Source: Acidimicrobiia bacterium
Lineage (GTDB): Bacteria; Actinomycetota; Acidimicrobiia; Spongiisociales; JAENVV01
Direction of reading: 5' to 3'
Length of the DNA: 62,083 nucleotides
Assembly (NCBI GenBank): GCA_041577335.1
Contig: JBFGJH010000013.1
Coordinates: 1-62,083, forward strand
Made by a program: the position numbers and the translations under genes. This document shows, piece by piece, positions 19,378 through 29,151 of the stretch (positions within the stretch are counted from its first letter, which is position 1; each line of letters begins with the position of its first letter). The notes under the pieces were generated by a model. It did not search any database and was not told the DNA's origin. It saw only the letters and a program-made list of their open reading frames with translations.

Positions 19378-19878
19378 CTAGCTCAGGCCTTCGTTGACCA
19401 CGACTACAGTCAGGTCATCGACCAGGCTGACCGTGACAGCCTTGTCCGCTTCGCTGCTGATCCAGCTGGTGCTGCTCCACGAGCCCGTGGTCTCCGAGGT
19501 AGAGACGTCGGCCGGCCAGCTCATACCACCGATATGGTCGACCACTCGCTGGTAGTCCTCGGCCGGGTAGGTGACTTGGACGTAGAAATACGTGCTGTCG
19601 TCTTGTTCTTGGCGCCACCCGGAAACCACCTCGTACCCGTCGGCAAAGTCGAACTCGAAGCCGTCTGGCAACGCGCCGGTTCCAATTTGGAATTCGCCGT
19701 CGTCGCCGCTCACCGTGAGGCCATCGTCGTCCACGTTGAACTCGATATCCTCGCCCGCAGCCTGCTCCACCACCCCTTCTACAGCCTGCTCGAGCAGTGC
19801 CTCTTGGACGTTTCCACACGCGCCGAGCACCACCATTGCGGCTGTAAGTGCGCCAGCGATCCAGATCTTTCTGAGCAT
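19378..19878 (-). CDS. Putative lipoprotein
   Basis: Signal peptide with lipobox LGAC; acidic mature domain. Confidence 0.75.
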   Translation of the reverse strand: MLRKIWIAGALTAAMVVLGACGNVQEALLEQAVEGVVEQAAGEDIEFNVDDDGLTVSGDDGEFQIGTGALPDGFEFDFADGYEVVSGWRQEQDDSTYFYVQVTYPAEDYQRVVDHIGGMSWPADVSTSETTGSWSSTSWISSEADKAVTVSLVDDLTVVVVNEGLS

Positions 19879-19986
19879 TCGCCCCCCTTTTGTGACTACT
19901 CAGAAGATATGGGATACCGCTGAAACACCCCTGAACCCGATCAGTCGCCAGGCAAACACTCCCGCCCTCAGCCGTCGTGAATGTGG

Positions 19987-21252
19987 TCACGCCTTTGTGG
20001 GCACCCTCATTCGGTCGATGCCGGCGACTCGCACCAGGGTTTCGAGCGTGGTGTAAGCCCGCTTGCCGACACCCTTGTCCTCCTCTTCGAGGAGGTTGGC
20101 CATGACTTTCAGGACCCACTCCATCAGCGGTTTGGAGTGCAGGCCGGTATGCGCCAGGGTCCGCATCACCGAGGGGTAACCAATGGCTTTCACGAACACG
20201 CGCGCCATGCGGTAGTAGTCGCCGAAGACATCGTCCAAGTACGCCGGATAGCGCTGCAGCAGCGAAAGATCGTCGGCCGCAATGGCGTCAGCAATGAACC
20301 CGGCCGCGATCCGACCCGTCTCGTAGCCATAGGCGATTCCCTCACCGTTCCAAGGATTGATGGCGCCCATGGCGTCGCCGACGGTGACCCAACTGCTCCC
20401 GGCCCGGGGCCCCTTGGAGAAGCTCATGAGCAGCTTTCCGCCCTTCGGGTCGGTGAGCTGAGCGTCGTCGGAGAGCTCCCAATGCGCCGGTGCCGAGCGC
20501 ACATAGTCAGCCATCATCTTGGTGGTGTTGACGTCCTTCCAGTGTCGGAATGTCGACAACAGGCCCACTCCGACATTGACGGTCCCGTCGCCGAGCGGGA
20601 ACACCCACCCGTACCCGGGCATGGAGGCGCCGTTTTCGTCACGAATGTCGAGTTGGCTCTCCATGAACCCATCGTTGGACATCGGGGACTCGAAGTAGCC
20701 GCGCGCTGCCAGCCCGAGGGGGTAGTCCTTGTCGCGCACGGTTCCCATCGCTCGTCCGAACCTGCTGGTTGATCCGTCGGCGATCACGACGACCCGTCCG
20801 CCGATCTGTTCGACATCGTCTCCAACCGCGAGCTCGACGCCGGCGAGCTGACCGTCCACCATCCAGGGTGTCGCGGTCGTGCCCTGGCGGATCACCACGC
20901 CTTCCTTCTCGGCGAGGAGGGCGACGGAATGATCGAGGTCGAGGCGCCGAATCACACCTCCCCAACTCGGGTACCTGGAATGATCGGGCCACTCCATCTC
21001 GAGGTGCAGCGTGTCACCTGCATAGCTACGAAGGCCGACGATCTTGTGAAACTCTGCTGCACCGAAATCAAACCCCATCTGATCGAGCTCGTAGATCGAT
21101 CGAGGGGTGAGCCCGTCGCCGCAAGTCTTCTCACGAGGATATTCGGACTTCTCGACCATGAGAACGGTGAGGTCGCGGCGGGCCGCCCAGAAGGCTGCCG
21201 AGGCACCGGCCGGCCCCCCTCCCACAACAATGACATCAAAGGTTGTGCGCAT
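19987..21252 (-). CDS. Geranylgeranyl reductase family protein (MenJ-like menaquinone reductase)
   Basis: GGGPAG FAD motif, PREKTCGDGL, GYGWVFP, GDAMGAINPWNGEGI; position upstream of nuo as in other actinobacteria. Confidence 0.85.
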   Translation of the reverse strand: MRTTFDVIVVGGGPAGASAAFWAARRDLTVLMVEKSEYPREKTCGDGLTPRSIYELDQMGFDFGAAEFHKIVGLRSYAGDTLHLEMEWPDHSRYPSWGGVIRRLDLDHSVALLAEKEGVVIRQGTTATPWMVDGQLAGVELAVGDDVEQIGGRVVVIADGSTSRFGRAMGTVRDKDYPLGLAARGYFESPMSNDGFMESQLDIRDENGASMPGYGWVFPLGDGTVNVGVGLLSTFRHWKDVNTTKMMADYVRSAPAHWELSDDAQLTDPKGGKLLMSFSKGPRAGSSWVTVGDAMGAINPWNGEGIAYGYETGRIAAGFIADAIAADDLSLLQRYPAYLDDVFGDYYRMARVFVKAIGYPSVMRTLAHTGLHSKPLMEWVLKVMANLLEEEDKGVGKRAYTTLETLVRVAGIDRMRVPTKA

Positions 21253-21293
21253 GCTCAAATCCTACCGGGGCCGGTGCGATGTCGTGACTCGGC

Positions 21294-21920
21294 TCACCGC
21301 GCGTGGACCGAGTAATACGACAGAATCTGCAACTCGGTCGCCAGGTCGACGTTTCGCACCCTGGTAGTGGAAGGAACTCGAACGACGACCGGTGCGAAAT
21401 TCAGGATCGAGCCGACGCCGGCTGTCGTGAGCAGATCGGCGGTTTCCTGAGCCGCTGAGGCAGGAGTGGCGATGACGCCGATGGATACTCCGTTGCTTTC
21501 CACATCACCGGGAATATCAACAAGCGCCTGCACCGTCAGACCACCGAGCGGCTGCCCGATCTTGGATGGGTCGGCGTCGTAGACACCCACGACCCGATAC
21601 CCCGACGATCCAAAGCCACCGTAATTGGCGAGCGCAGATCCCAAGTTGCCGGCGCCGACGATCACCACGGGCCAATCTTCGGTGAGGCCCAGTTCCTTGC
21701 GGATCAAAAGGCAAAGTTGTTCCTTGTCGTAGCCGACGCCCCGCACACCGTGCGAGCCGAGATAGGAGAGGTCTTTGCGAACCTTGGCGGAGGTGACGCT
21801 GGCGATGTCTGCCAGGGTTTGGGAGGAAACGGTTGCCGGACGGCCAGGAAGCGACTCGAGACATTGCAGGTACACAGGTAGGCGAGCCACGGTCGCCCTC
21901 GGAATTGTGATCCTTTTCAC
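21294..21920 (-). CDS. rex: Redox-sensing transcriptional repressor Rex
   Basis: IPRATVARLPVY, VRKDLSYLG..GVRGVGY, GAGNLG, ILNFAP. Confidence 0.95.
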   Translation of the reverse strand: MKRITIPRATVARLPVYLQCLESLPGRPATVSSQTLADIASVTSAKVRKDLSYLGSHGVRGVGYDKEQLCLLIRKELGLTEDWPVVIVGAGNLGSALANYGGFGSSGYRVVGVYDADPSKIGQPLGGLTVQALVDIPGDVESNGVSIGVIATPASAAQETADLLTTAGVGSILNFAPVVVRVPSTTRVRNVDLATELQILSYYSVHAR

Positions 21921-21922
21921 AA
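21905..21922. promoter_or_regulatory. Rex operator overlapping the rex start codon
   Basis: TTGTGATCCTTTTCACAA, one mismatch to TTGTGAA-N4-TTCACAA. Confidence 0.75.
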
Positions 21923-21964
21923 GCTCACCATAGTGGCGTTGCCATGTTGAGCAGAATCAGCGAA

Positions 21965-22327
21965 TCAGGCCTCGAGCTCCCGGTTCTGTTCCGCCTCATA
22001 CCGGTTCAGCGCAACGAGGAACATGGCAAACAGAATGACGCACGCCAGCATGAACGTGAGCGGAAGGATGCGGATCTCGAACGCATTCAGACCCTCGAAG
22101 TCGGTGGGCCGAGGCCCCCGAGGCGCATACAGCACGAAGAGCAGCGAATTGAGAACGCCCCAACCGAAAACACCGGCTCCCGCAACGAGGAACCCGAGCC
22201 GCTTGCCGAGGTTCGTGGCGAGGATGAGGTACCCGGAGCCGAAGAATACGATCATCGACACCACGAACAGGAAGATGCCCGTGAACATGAGGTTCTGCGA
22301 CAGGATGTCGCGCATGAGCTCTCGCAT
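21965..22327 (-). CDS. Small 3-TM membrane protein, last gene of the Rieske/cyt b operon
   Basis: Hydrophobic helices; start overlaps the cytochrome c stop. Confidence 0.75.
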   Translation of the reverse strand: MRELMRDILSQNLMFTGIFLFVVSMIVFFGSGYLILATNLGKRLGFLVAGAGVFGWGVLNSLLFVLYAPRGPRPTDFEGLNAFEIRILPLTFMLACVILFAMFLVALNRYEAEQNRELEA

Positions 22328-23748
22328 CAGCGAAGCACCTCGCCTCTCAGGTATTGGATAACCAGGTCCAGGTCACTTTCGGATAGGACCTGTCCGAATC
22401 CGGGCATGAACCCTCGCCCGATTCCATTCACTCCGTAACCCTTGCCGACTTCGCTACCCATGCTCAGGAACTCCTTCATCTGAGCTTCGTCGAGGAACTG
22501 GACGTTGGCCCGGCCATCCCAGAGAGCCGGGCCAAGGGCGCCTGACCCAACAGGTTGAGCGAACGCGGGACCCTCGGAGTAACCCGAGGTGTGGCATCGA
22601 GCGCACTGCGACTGGAAAATGCCGACAGCGCGAGTGGCATCATCGAGATTGCCGTCGAATGTGGCGTCCGCCACCGCCTGCAAGTCGATTGCGTAGAGTC
22701 GCTCTGCCCTCGCTTCCTCCAGAAATGCGAGACCTTCTTCGGCCGTGGCCAGGATGGCGTCTTTGCGGTCGACGGTGATTTGTAAGCCGGTCAACCGGGA
22801 TTCGAGAGCCGCCACCCATGTGGAGGCCGTCTGCGAGTCGGATGCTCCGGTCGGGTCGCTGGCCGGATTGCGCGGATCCAGGACCACCGCGGCCAGCGAG
22901 GGGTCGATAGCCGCAACCTGCTCGGCCAGCGCAGCCAGTTCGGTCTCGGCCCGGTCGGTTACCCCGTCCTCATCGACATCAACACCGCCGGCGTCATCGA
23001 GGACGCTGCGAGCGCGCTCAGCCAAGGGCTGGAGCGCAGCCACCAGAGCCGGGGCTTCCTCGACGGTGCGAATCAATTCTCGCTGAGTTTCGATCTGGGC
23101 GTCAACGCTGTCATCAGCACCGGCGAGGCTGGACAGGGCAAGGTCGACAGACGTCTCGACATCGGCGACGACCTGCGACTGGGGCACCTGAATGGATCGC
23201 AGATACGCGATGACCTCGTCGATCTGCTGTTCGTTCATGGGCCCGCCACCCTCCAGGCCCCACGGTGGCATCGGAGACCCGGCCCGACCGTTCACGAGCC
23301 AGAACCGCACCTCGTCTTCGTCATAGCGATAGAAGATGTCGGTGAGATTGGGCGCGATCCACGAGACCTCCACGCCAGACCGAACATCGATATACCCGGC
23401 GACACCGCCGTTCAGAGCGGCTCCGTGACAGTCGCCGCATGCAAACTCGATGACGTGCTCGTGGCCCCGCTCCACCGCTTCGTCCGAGAACTGTTCTACA
23501 AAGCCTTCTTGGCGATCGAGTTCACCAAGCCAATAGACCGGCAGGGAGATCGCCAGGAGGCCGGAGAGAATCACAGCAACCGACAACACACGGTCGAGCC
23601 GCCTGCCCTCCAGCTCGGCGTCGGTTTTGAATGGGTCCAGATTCGGAGGTACTTCGTCTTTCGTGCGACCGCGTATGCCGGCGGCCACGAGCACGCCGAG
23701 CCACCCCAGGGCGCCGAGCGCCACGACGACGATGACGATGCTGCTCAC
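22327..23748 (-). CDS. Membrane-anchored di-heme c-type cytochrome
   Basis: CGDCH and CARCH, each with a downstream MP Met ligand; two N-terminal TM helices. Confidence 0.9.
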   Translation of the reverse strand: MSSIVIVVVALGALGWLGVLVAAGIRGRTKDEVPPNLDPFKTDAELEGRRLDRVLSVAVILSGLLAISLPVYWLGELDRQEGFVEQFSDEAVERGHEHVIEFACGDCHGAALNGGVAGYIDVRSGVEVSWIAPNLTDIFYRYDEDEVRFWLVNGRAGSPMPPWGLEGGGPMNEQQIDEVIAYLRSIQVPQSQVVADVETSVDLALSSLAGADDSVDAQIETQRELIRTVEEAPALVAALQPLAERARSVLDDAGGVDVDEDGVTDRAETELAALAEQVAAIDPSLAAVVLDPRNPASDPTGASDSQTASTWVAALESRLTGLQITVDRKDAILATAEEGLAFLEEARAERLYAIDLQAVADATFDGNLDDATRAVGIFQSQCARCHTSGYSEGPAFAQPVGSGALGPALWDGRANVQFLDEAQMKEFLSMGSEVGKGYGVNGIGRGFMPGFGQVLSESDLDLVIQYLRGEVLR

Positions 23749-23750
23749 GC

Positions 23751-24653
23751 CTACCCTTCCTCGGGAGCGCTGATGGTGATACAGCTCGGACCCAACGGGT
23801 AACTCGCGTTCTTGATCTGGGCACGTTCGGTGGCGATCACTTGACTGGTCCTGATGATGAAATCGTTGTTCTCGTCGACTTCAACGACAAACCGATCGAG
23901 GTTGCGCGGAGCCGGGCCGGACTCGTATTCGCCCAGAACGTTGTACTTCGACCCATGGCACGGGCATTCGAACCCTTGCGAATTCTGGCACCAGGGCACC
24001 CGACAACCGAGGTGCACACACCGCTGCCAGATCGCCATGAGACCCCCGGCGACTGTGGCGTTCTCTTCGAACTGGGATCCCGCTTGCTGATCGGGACCCA
24101 CCGGCACAACCCACGCCTTTGCTTCGGGAATGAACGCCGGCGTGATGGAGCCGTCCGGATTGACCACCGAAGTGAGAATCTCCGCGGCGTCGCCGGCGTC
24201 GATATCGGCACCGAAACCACCTTTGATGCGCGGCCACAGGAACCCGAGGCTGGCCAGCCCGAAGATCCCCAGCGCAGAGAAGAAGGTGCCGGCCATGGCC
24301 CGGTTCAAGAACTGGCGGCGCAAGACACCGGCTTCTTCCGGATCGATTTCGACGACGCGTCGCGCTTCGACGGCTTGGACCGGAGCGGCCACCTCAACCA
24401 CCGGCTCGGTGACGGGCTCGACCTCGAGAGTTGCCTCCTCGACGACGTCGACAGAAGTCTCGCGATGGGCGGCGGCGGTGGCGGCCGCGACGCCGGCCGG
24501 GACCCCGGCGTCGGCTGTCCGGGCGTCCTTCTCGAGGTTCTTGCGCCACTCCTCGTCTTTGGCGCTCTGGCGGAAGGCGATGCCGAACGCCGCCAGCGCT
24601 GCCAACAGAAGTGCGCCTGCCAGGAGAACGAAGATCAACTCATTCGTCGTCAT
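23751..24653 (-). CDS. Rieske 2Fe-2S subunit
   Basis: CVHLGC and CPCHGS boxes, GPAPRNL; internal twin-arginine LRRQFL. Confidence 0.95.
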   Translation of the reverse strand: MTTNELIFVLLAGALLLAALAAFGIAFRQSAKDEEWRKNLEKDARTADAGVPAGVAAATAAAHRETSVDVVEEATLEVEPVTEPVVEVAAPVQAVEARRVVEIDPEEAGVLRRQFLNRAMAGTFFSALGIFGLASLGFLWPRIKGGFGADIDAGDAAEILTSVVNPDGSITPAFIPEAKAWVVPVGPDQQAGSQFEENATVAGGLMAIWQRCVHLGCRVPWCQNSQGFECPCHGSKYNVLGEYESGPAPRNLDRFVVEVDENNDFIIRTSQVIATERAQIKNASYPLGPSCITISAPEEG

Positions 24654-25537
24654 TCGAAATCCACCCAGTCTTTGAGGTCGTCAAAGAAGATCCCGTCGGC
24701 CCACGGATACGTCCAGTTGAAGCCAGGCCCTCGAAACAGCACCCCGATGATCGTGAGAACGGCAGATCCCATGATGAAGAAGGTGTACAGAAAGATGGCG
24801 TACTTGCGGTCGGCCGGCTTGTTCGACGGATTGCGATCGACGTACGGGATCGCCATGAAACCGAGCATCCCGATGATGGTCGGGACCGTGACACCGGCGA
24901 TTTGCGGATCGAAGTACGACAGCAACTCCTGCAAACCGAGGAAATACCAGGGCGCCTTGGACGGATTTGGTGTGGCGTTGAAGTTGGCTGCTTCCAACAG
25001 CGGCGCCTGCAAGATAACCGAAAGAACAATGAGGACGGCGGTGACTGCGAGGAGCGAAGCGAACTCGGCGATCATGAGGTGGGGCCAAGTGTTGACCTTG
25101 TCGGTCGGCTCGGCCTTCACCTGCTGGATGGCCTTGGCCTTCACCACCGTCAGAAGCCGCTGGGTGCGCACTCCCTCTGGCCCAGCCTCGGATGGCACCG
25201 AGGGACGAGGTGATACCGACGTCGCAACCCGACCTCCGTTGCCTGAACCGTTCGGGGGCTCGGGAGCGGGCGACGGCGGCTCTTCGACCGCGACAGCTGC
25301 GGCGGCCGGCTCAGCGGCTGCGGCCGGCACCTCAGGTTCGGGATCGGGCACGACCACTTCGGGGGCTGGAGCGGGCTCGGGAGCGGCTTCCGGCTCAGGC
25401 GGCGTGGGTGCGGCAGCAACCGGCGTGGGCGGCGCCTCGCCACGCATCTCCGCGAGCACCTGTTCGACAGGCAGGCCGAGGGCCTTCGCCTTCGCCTCTG
25501 CCGATCGCTGTAGGAGATGTTCAGGTATATCAGCCAT
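24650..25537 (-). CDS. Cytochrome b C-terminal half (subunit IV/PetD-like) with N-terminal extension
   Basis: TPNPSKAPWYFLGLQELL (PEWY-equivalent), IPYVD; start MADIPEH. Confidence 0.88.
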   Translation of the reverse strand: MADIPEHLLQRSAEAKAKALGLPVEQVLAEMRGEAPPTPVAAAPTPPEPEAAPEPAPAPEVVVPDPEPEVPAAAAEPAAAAVAVEEPPSPAPEPPNGSGNGGRVATSVSPRPSVPSEAGPEGVRTQRLLTVVKAKAIQQVKAEPTDKVNTWPHLMIAEFASLLAVTAVLIVLSVILQAPLLEAANFNATPNPSKAPWYFLGLQELLSYFDPQIAGVTVPTIIGMLGFMAIPYVDRNPSNKPADRKYAIFLYTFFIMGSAVLTIIGVLFRGPGFNWTYPWADGIFFDDLKDWVDFE

Positions 25538-25545
25538 AGGTACTC

Positions 25546-26334
25546 CTAGAGCGGACCCGAGATTCCGCCATCCTTGCGGACCCGCCAGAAATGAACGGCC
25601 ATGAAGATGACGATGATGAATGGGAGTAACAAAACGTGCCCGACGTACCAACGCAAGATGGTGTCAGCCGACACCTCCAGGGATCCCAGCATGGCGAACT
25701 TCACTTGGTCACCAAAGACAGGCACGAAGCCGGCCATGTTCGTTCCAACCGTCACGGCCCATAGAGCTAGCTGGTCCCATGGCAACAGATAGCCGGTGAA
25801 CGACAGGAGCAAGGTCAGCAGCAGGAGAATGACGCCTACGACCCAGTTGAACTCGCGGGGCGGCTTGTACGCGCCGTGATAGAAGACGCGAGACATGTGC
25901 AGGAACACCGTCAACACCATGAAGTGGGCGCCCCAGCGGTGCATGTTGCGAACGAGTGAGCCGAATGCGACGGACGTAGACAGCTCCTGCATGTCGGCGT
26001 AGGCGGATTCGACCGTCGGCGCGTAATAGAACATCAGGAAGATCCCGGTGATCGTCAGGAGAATGAACAGGAAGAAGCTGAGGCCACCCAAGCACAATGT
26101 GTACGAAAGGCGGACACCGTGGCGCTTCACCTTGACCGGGTGCAGGTGGTAGAGCACGTTGTTCATGATGACGTATGACCGGTTCCGGGGAGAGTCGGAA
26201 TAGCCCTTCTTGAACGGAGAGCCGGGGCGGAGCACGGACTCCATGACCTGGCTCGCATGCACGCGGCTCCACGCATCAGAGGCGGCGTTCTTCGCCCGAT
26301 CCATGAGCTTCGTCTGTTCTTTGTCGTTCGCCAA
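25546..26334 (-). CDS. Cytochrome b N-terminal half (cytochrome b6-like)
   Basis: [37 protein letters not shown] heme His set. Confidence 0.93.
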   Translation of the reverse strand: MANDKEQTKLMDRAKNAASDAWSRVHASQVMESVLRPGSPFKKGYSDSPRNRSYVIMNNVLYHLHPVKVKRHGVRLSYTLCLGGLSFFLFILLTITGIFLMFYYAPTVESAYADMQELSTSVAFGSLVRNMHRWGAHFMVLTVFLHMSRVFYHGAYKPPREFNWVVGVILLLLTLLLSFTGYLLPWDQLALWAVTVGTNMAGFVPVFGDQVKFAMLGSLEVSADTILRWYVGHVLLLPFIIVIFMAVHFWRVRKDGGISGPL

Positions 26335-26342
26335 GGGTCCCC

Positions 26343-26795
26343 CTACATCCGCAGCCCGTAGACATAACCGTTCTTGTGATCTCGTTGACCTGTGTCGACG
26401 TCCCAGGGTGCCGGCACACCTGCCTGGGTGGCTTCAGCCGAGAGTGAGCCTTCGAATTTACCGAGGGTGATGACGCCGGTGGGGCAACGATCGATACAGA
26501 GCGCGCAGCGCGTGCATTCGTTCTCATCGACCAGAAAAAAGCCCTTGGCGTCCGGGTCGGAGTGTGGGTCAGCGACTCCCTTGGCCTCTTGGATCGCATC
26601 GAGAGACAGGTAGTGAATGCACTTCCACGGACATATGTCGACGCATCCTTCGCACAGGATGCACTCGGACTGGTCGATGTGCAGAAACTGCTTTGGCTTG
26701 ACCTGAGCGATGAGGTAGTCGCCCTCGACGATGGCGAGCTGATAATCGTCTCGGATTGGAGGGGTCTCGAACCACGCGTCGCGGGCACTGGCCAT
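26343..26795 (-). CDS. 2[4Fe-4S] dicluster ferredoxin
   Basis: [12 protein letters not shown] and [12 protein letters not shown]. Confidence 0.92.
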   Translation of the reverse strand: MASARDAWFETPPIRDDYQLAIVEGDYLIAQVKPKQFLHIDQSECILCEGCVDICPWKCIHYLSLDAIQEAKGVADPHSDPDAKGFFLVDENECTRCALCIDRCPTGVITLGKFEGSLSAEATQAGVPAPWDVDTGQRDHKNGYVYGLRM

Positions 26796-27436
26796 CAGCG
26801 GCTGCCCTTCATGAGCGGACGGCCATACGGGGACAATTTCGGCTCCTCGACAGCTTTCGGCTCAGTCTTGCCAAAGTCCTGAACCTTGATCGCGAAGAAG
26901 ATGGCCGCACCGAGCACAGCCATGTTGTAGGTGATCGAAACGACGTCTTTGACCGCTGCAAAACTGATCGCTACGTCGTTGTTGAGCAGCAGAAACGAAA
27001 GTGAGTCCGGGAGCGAGAAGAACTCCTTTTGGGCCGTCCACGACAGCGGGCCCTGCGAGAGGTTGAGCCACTCAGAAGGAATGATCCCGAAATACAGGAC
27101 GAACTGGAACCAGGTCACGAATGCCGTGAACCCGGCACGCGCCCACGTCATCGGCTTACCGATGACCGCCAACAGAAGGACACCGACGACAATCATCTGT
27201 GAACCGGTCACCGCGACGAGTTGGCCGAGGGTCACAGAAGCCCAATGCCTGGGGATGTTGCCGAGGAACGTGTCAACCACGACATCGATCTCGACGCCGT
27301 CAACGAACTCGGTCTTGGGAAACAGGGCGTAATGGGCCCACAAGATGCCGAGCGCCAAAGCCACAGTGCCGATCGAAAGAAGAGCGAAACCGCCGATCCT
27401 TCTCTTGGAGTCGTCGAGTTGTGCCAGTCGGTTCAT
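26795..27436 (-). CDS. Membrane protein, first gene of the Rieske/cyt b operon
   Basis: About 4 TM helices; C-terminal SPYGRPL; stop overlaps the ferredoxin start. Confidence 0.75.
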   Translation of the reverse strand: MNRLAQLDDSKRRIGGFALLSIGTVALALGILWAHYALFPKTEFVDGVEIDVVVDTFLGNIPRHWASVTLGQLVAVTGSQMIVVGVLLLAVIGKPMTWARAGFTAFVTWFQFVLYFGIIPSEWLNLSQGPLSWTAQKEFFSLPDSLSFLLLNNDVAISFAAVKDVVSITYNMAVLGAAIFFAIKVQDFGKTEPKAVEEPKLSPYGRPLMKGSR

Positions 27437-27732
27437 CGTCTCGAGTCTCTCACGGGACCGCGCCCGGCCCGGCCTGCTGCTTCCGGCTTCCGGATCAGCC
27501 GCCCTGACTGGTCCGTGTCCAGGAGATTACTAGCACAATCACTCTCGAACACTGAAACCTTCGGATTGATGTCTTCGACACCGCCGAGGAGCGATCTCTG
27601 CCTCAAATCCGGTACCGTGGGTACGACCGACGGCGAGTCTCAACCCATTATGCTTTCGACGTCGTTGCGCGTGAGTGGCGCAGAGACCGACGAAGAAGAC
27701 GGCCTCGACAGCAACCAGGCAAGGAGCGCAGA

Positions 27733-29151
27733 TTGGCTGCGACATCTGAACCGACTCGACCCCTCGCCGATCTCGATTCTGCTGCGCGCAGCCACATGCT
27801 CATCGGCCTGGCATTTCTGGCGATGGCGGCAGTCTTTGGCCTGTTGGCTGCGCTGAAGCTCGCCTATCCGTCCTTCGGGGCAGCGACACCGTTCCTGTCG
27901 TACGGTCGCCTCTGGCCGATGGCGATGAACACGCTCGTGTTCGGATTCCTGACATTCTCGAATATCGCAGCCGCTTATTTCCTCATCCCGCGACTGATGG
28001 GCGCTCGGTTGCGGGGAGAACGCCTTGCCCGCCTCGCCGCCGGGCCCGGCGCAGTCATCACTGCATTGGCCATCGTCCTCGTCGGTGCGGGACTCACTCC
28101 CAACCAGGGTCGGGTGCTCGGCGAGTTCCATGTCGGCTTCGACGTCGCCCTCATTCTCTTCTATCTCGTCCCACTATTCATCTGCCTTCGCACGGTTGCG
28201 GACCGGACCGTCGAATCGATCTTCATCTCGGTGTGGTACATCCTCGGCGGGCTGCTCTGGCTCGTCGGACTCATGGTCGTCGGCCTCAACCCATGGATCG
28301 GTGGCGTCGGTTCGGCACTGCTGGGGTCCTTCTACAGCGCCGGCCTCATCGGCCTGTGGTCCGTGGGCGTTGGCATCGGTGCGGCGTATTACGTCGTGGT
28401 TCGCACGACCGACAACCCGCTCTTCTCGCGGAGCCTTGCCTTGGCGGGGTTCTGGTCGCTGGCCTTCGCCCAGGTTTGGACTGGCCCAGCATCCTTGATC
28501 TTCGGCGCTGCCGCCGAGTGGATCGAGACCATCGCAGTCGTGTTCACTCTGGGGATGATCATTCCCGCTTTGGCTGTGCTCGCCAATTTCATCGGCACCA
28601 TCCAAGGTAAATGGGCATTGGTGCGCGAGCGGTCCGATCTTCGCTTTGCAATAGTGGGCGCGGTGGTCGCGGTTTTCCTGTCACTCGTCACGAGTGCGCA
28701 AGGCTTTCGGTCAGTCGCAGTCGTAACAGGCCAAACCTCCTTCGGGCCGGCTACCCAGACGGGACTCCTCCTGGGCGTCGCTTCGTTGTATTCCGCGGCA
28801 TTCCTCTACTACGCCCTCCCCCGGGCCTTCGGGCGCACGCTCTTCTCAGAGTCGCTCGGCCGGCGCCAGCTGCAACTCACGCTGTGGGGGGTTGGTGGGC
28901 TGGTCTTGTCCATGTGGGTCGGAGGGCTGGCTGCCGGCTACACATGGCTGAGCGGCTCATACACCGGCGCCTTCGCCAGTGTCGGTGAGGGCTTCGTCAA
29001 CACGCTCAACGCCACCGGGCCTTTCCGGATCTCGGCATTCATTTTCAGCTTCGTTGTCGCTGCCGCCCAGCTCACCTTCGTTGTGAACATGTACCGCACA
29101 GTGACGAGTGGCGCGGCCGCTCCTCAAGAGGTCTTGGTGACGGCTCAATGA
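27733..29151 (+). CDS. CcoN (cbb3 oxidase subunit I)-like protein lacking His ligands
   Basis: About 12 TM helices; LSYGRL.P, FISVWY, PLFSRSL..GFW, WTGP resemble the CcoN scaffold; only 2 His in 472 aa. Confidence 0.8.
   Translation: MAATSEPTRPLADLDSAARSHMLIGLAFLAMAAVFGLLAALKLAYPSFGAATPFLSYGRLWPMAMNTLVFGFLTFSNIAAAYFLIPRLMGARLRGERLARLAAGPGAVITALAIVLVGAGLTPNQGRVLGEFHVGFDVALILFYLVPLFICLRTVADRTVESIFISVWYILGGLLWLVGLMVVGLNPWIGGVGSALLGSFYSAGLIGLWSVGVGIGAAYYVVVRTTDNPLFSRSLALAGFWSLAFAQVWTGPASLIFGAAAEWIETIAVVFTLGMIIPALAVLANFIGTIQGKWALVRERSDLRFAIVGAVVAVFLSLVTSAQGFRSVAVVTGQTSFGPATQTGLLLGVASLYSAAFLYYALPRAFGRTLFSESLGRRQLQLTLWGVGGLVLSMWVGGLAAGYTWLSGSYTGAFASVGEGFVNTLNATGPFRISAFIFSFVVAAAQLTFVVNMYRTVTSGAAAPQEVLVTAQ

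Noticed and set aside
11559..25604. Long antisense ORFs such as 11559-12956(+) and 23841-25604(+)
   Set aside because: They are shadow frames opposite well-supported genes, as expected in high-GC DNA, and show no recognisable motifs.
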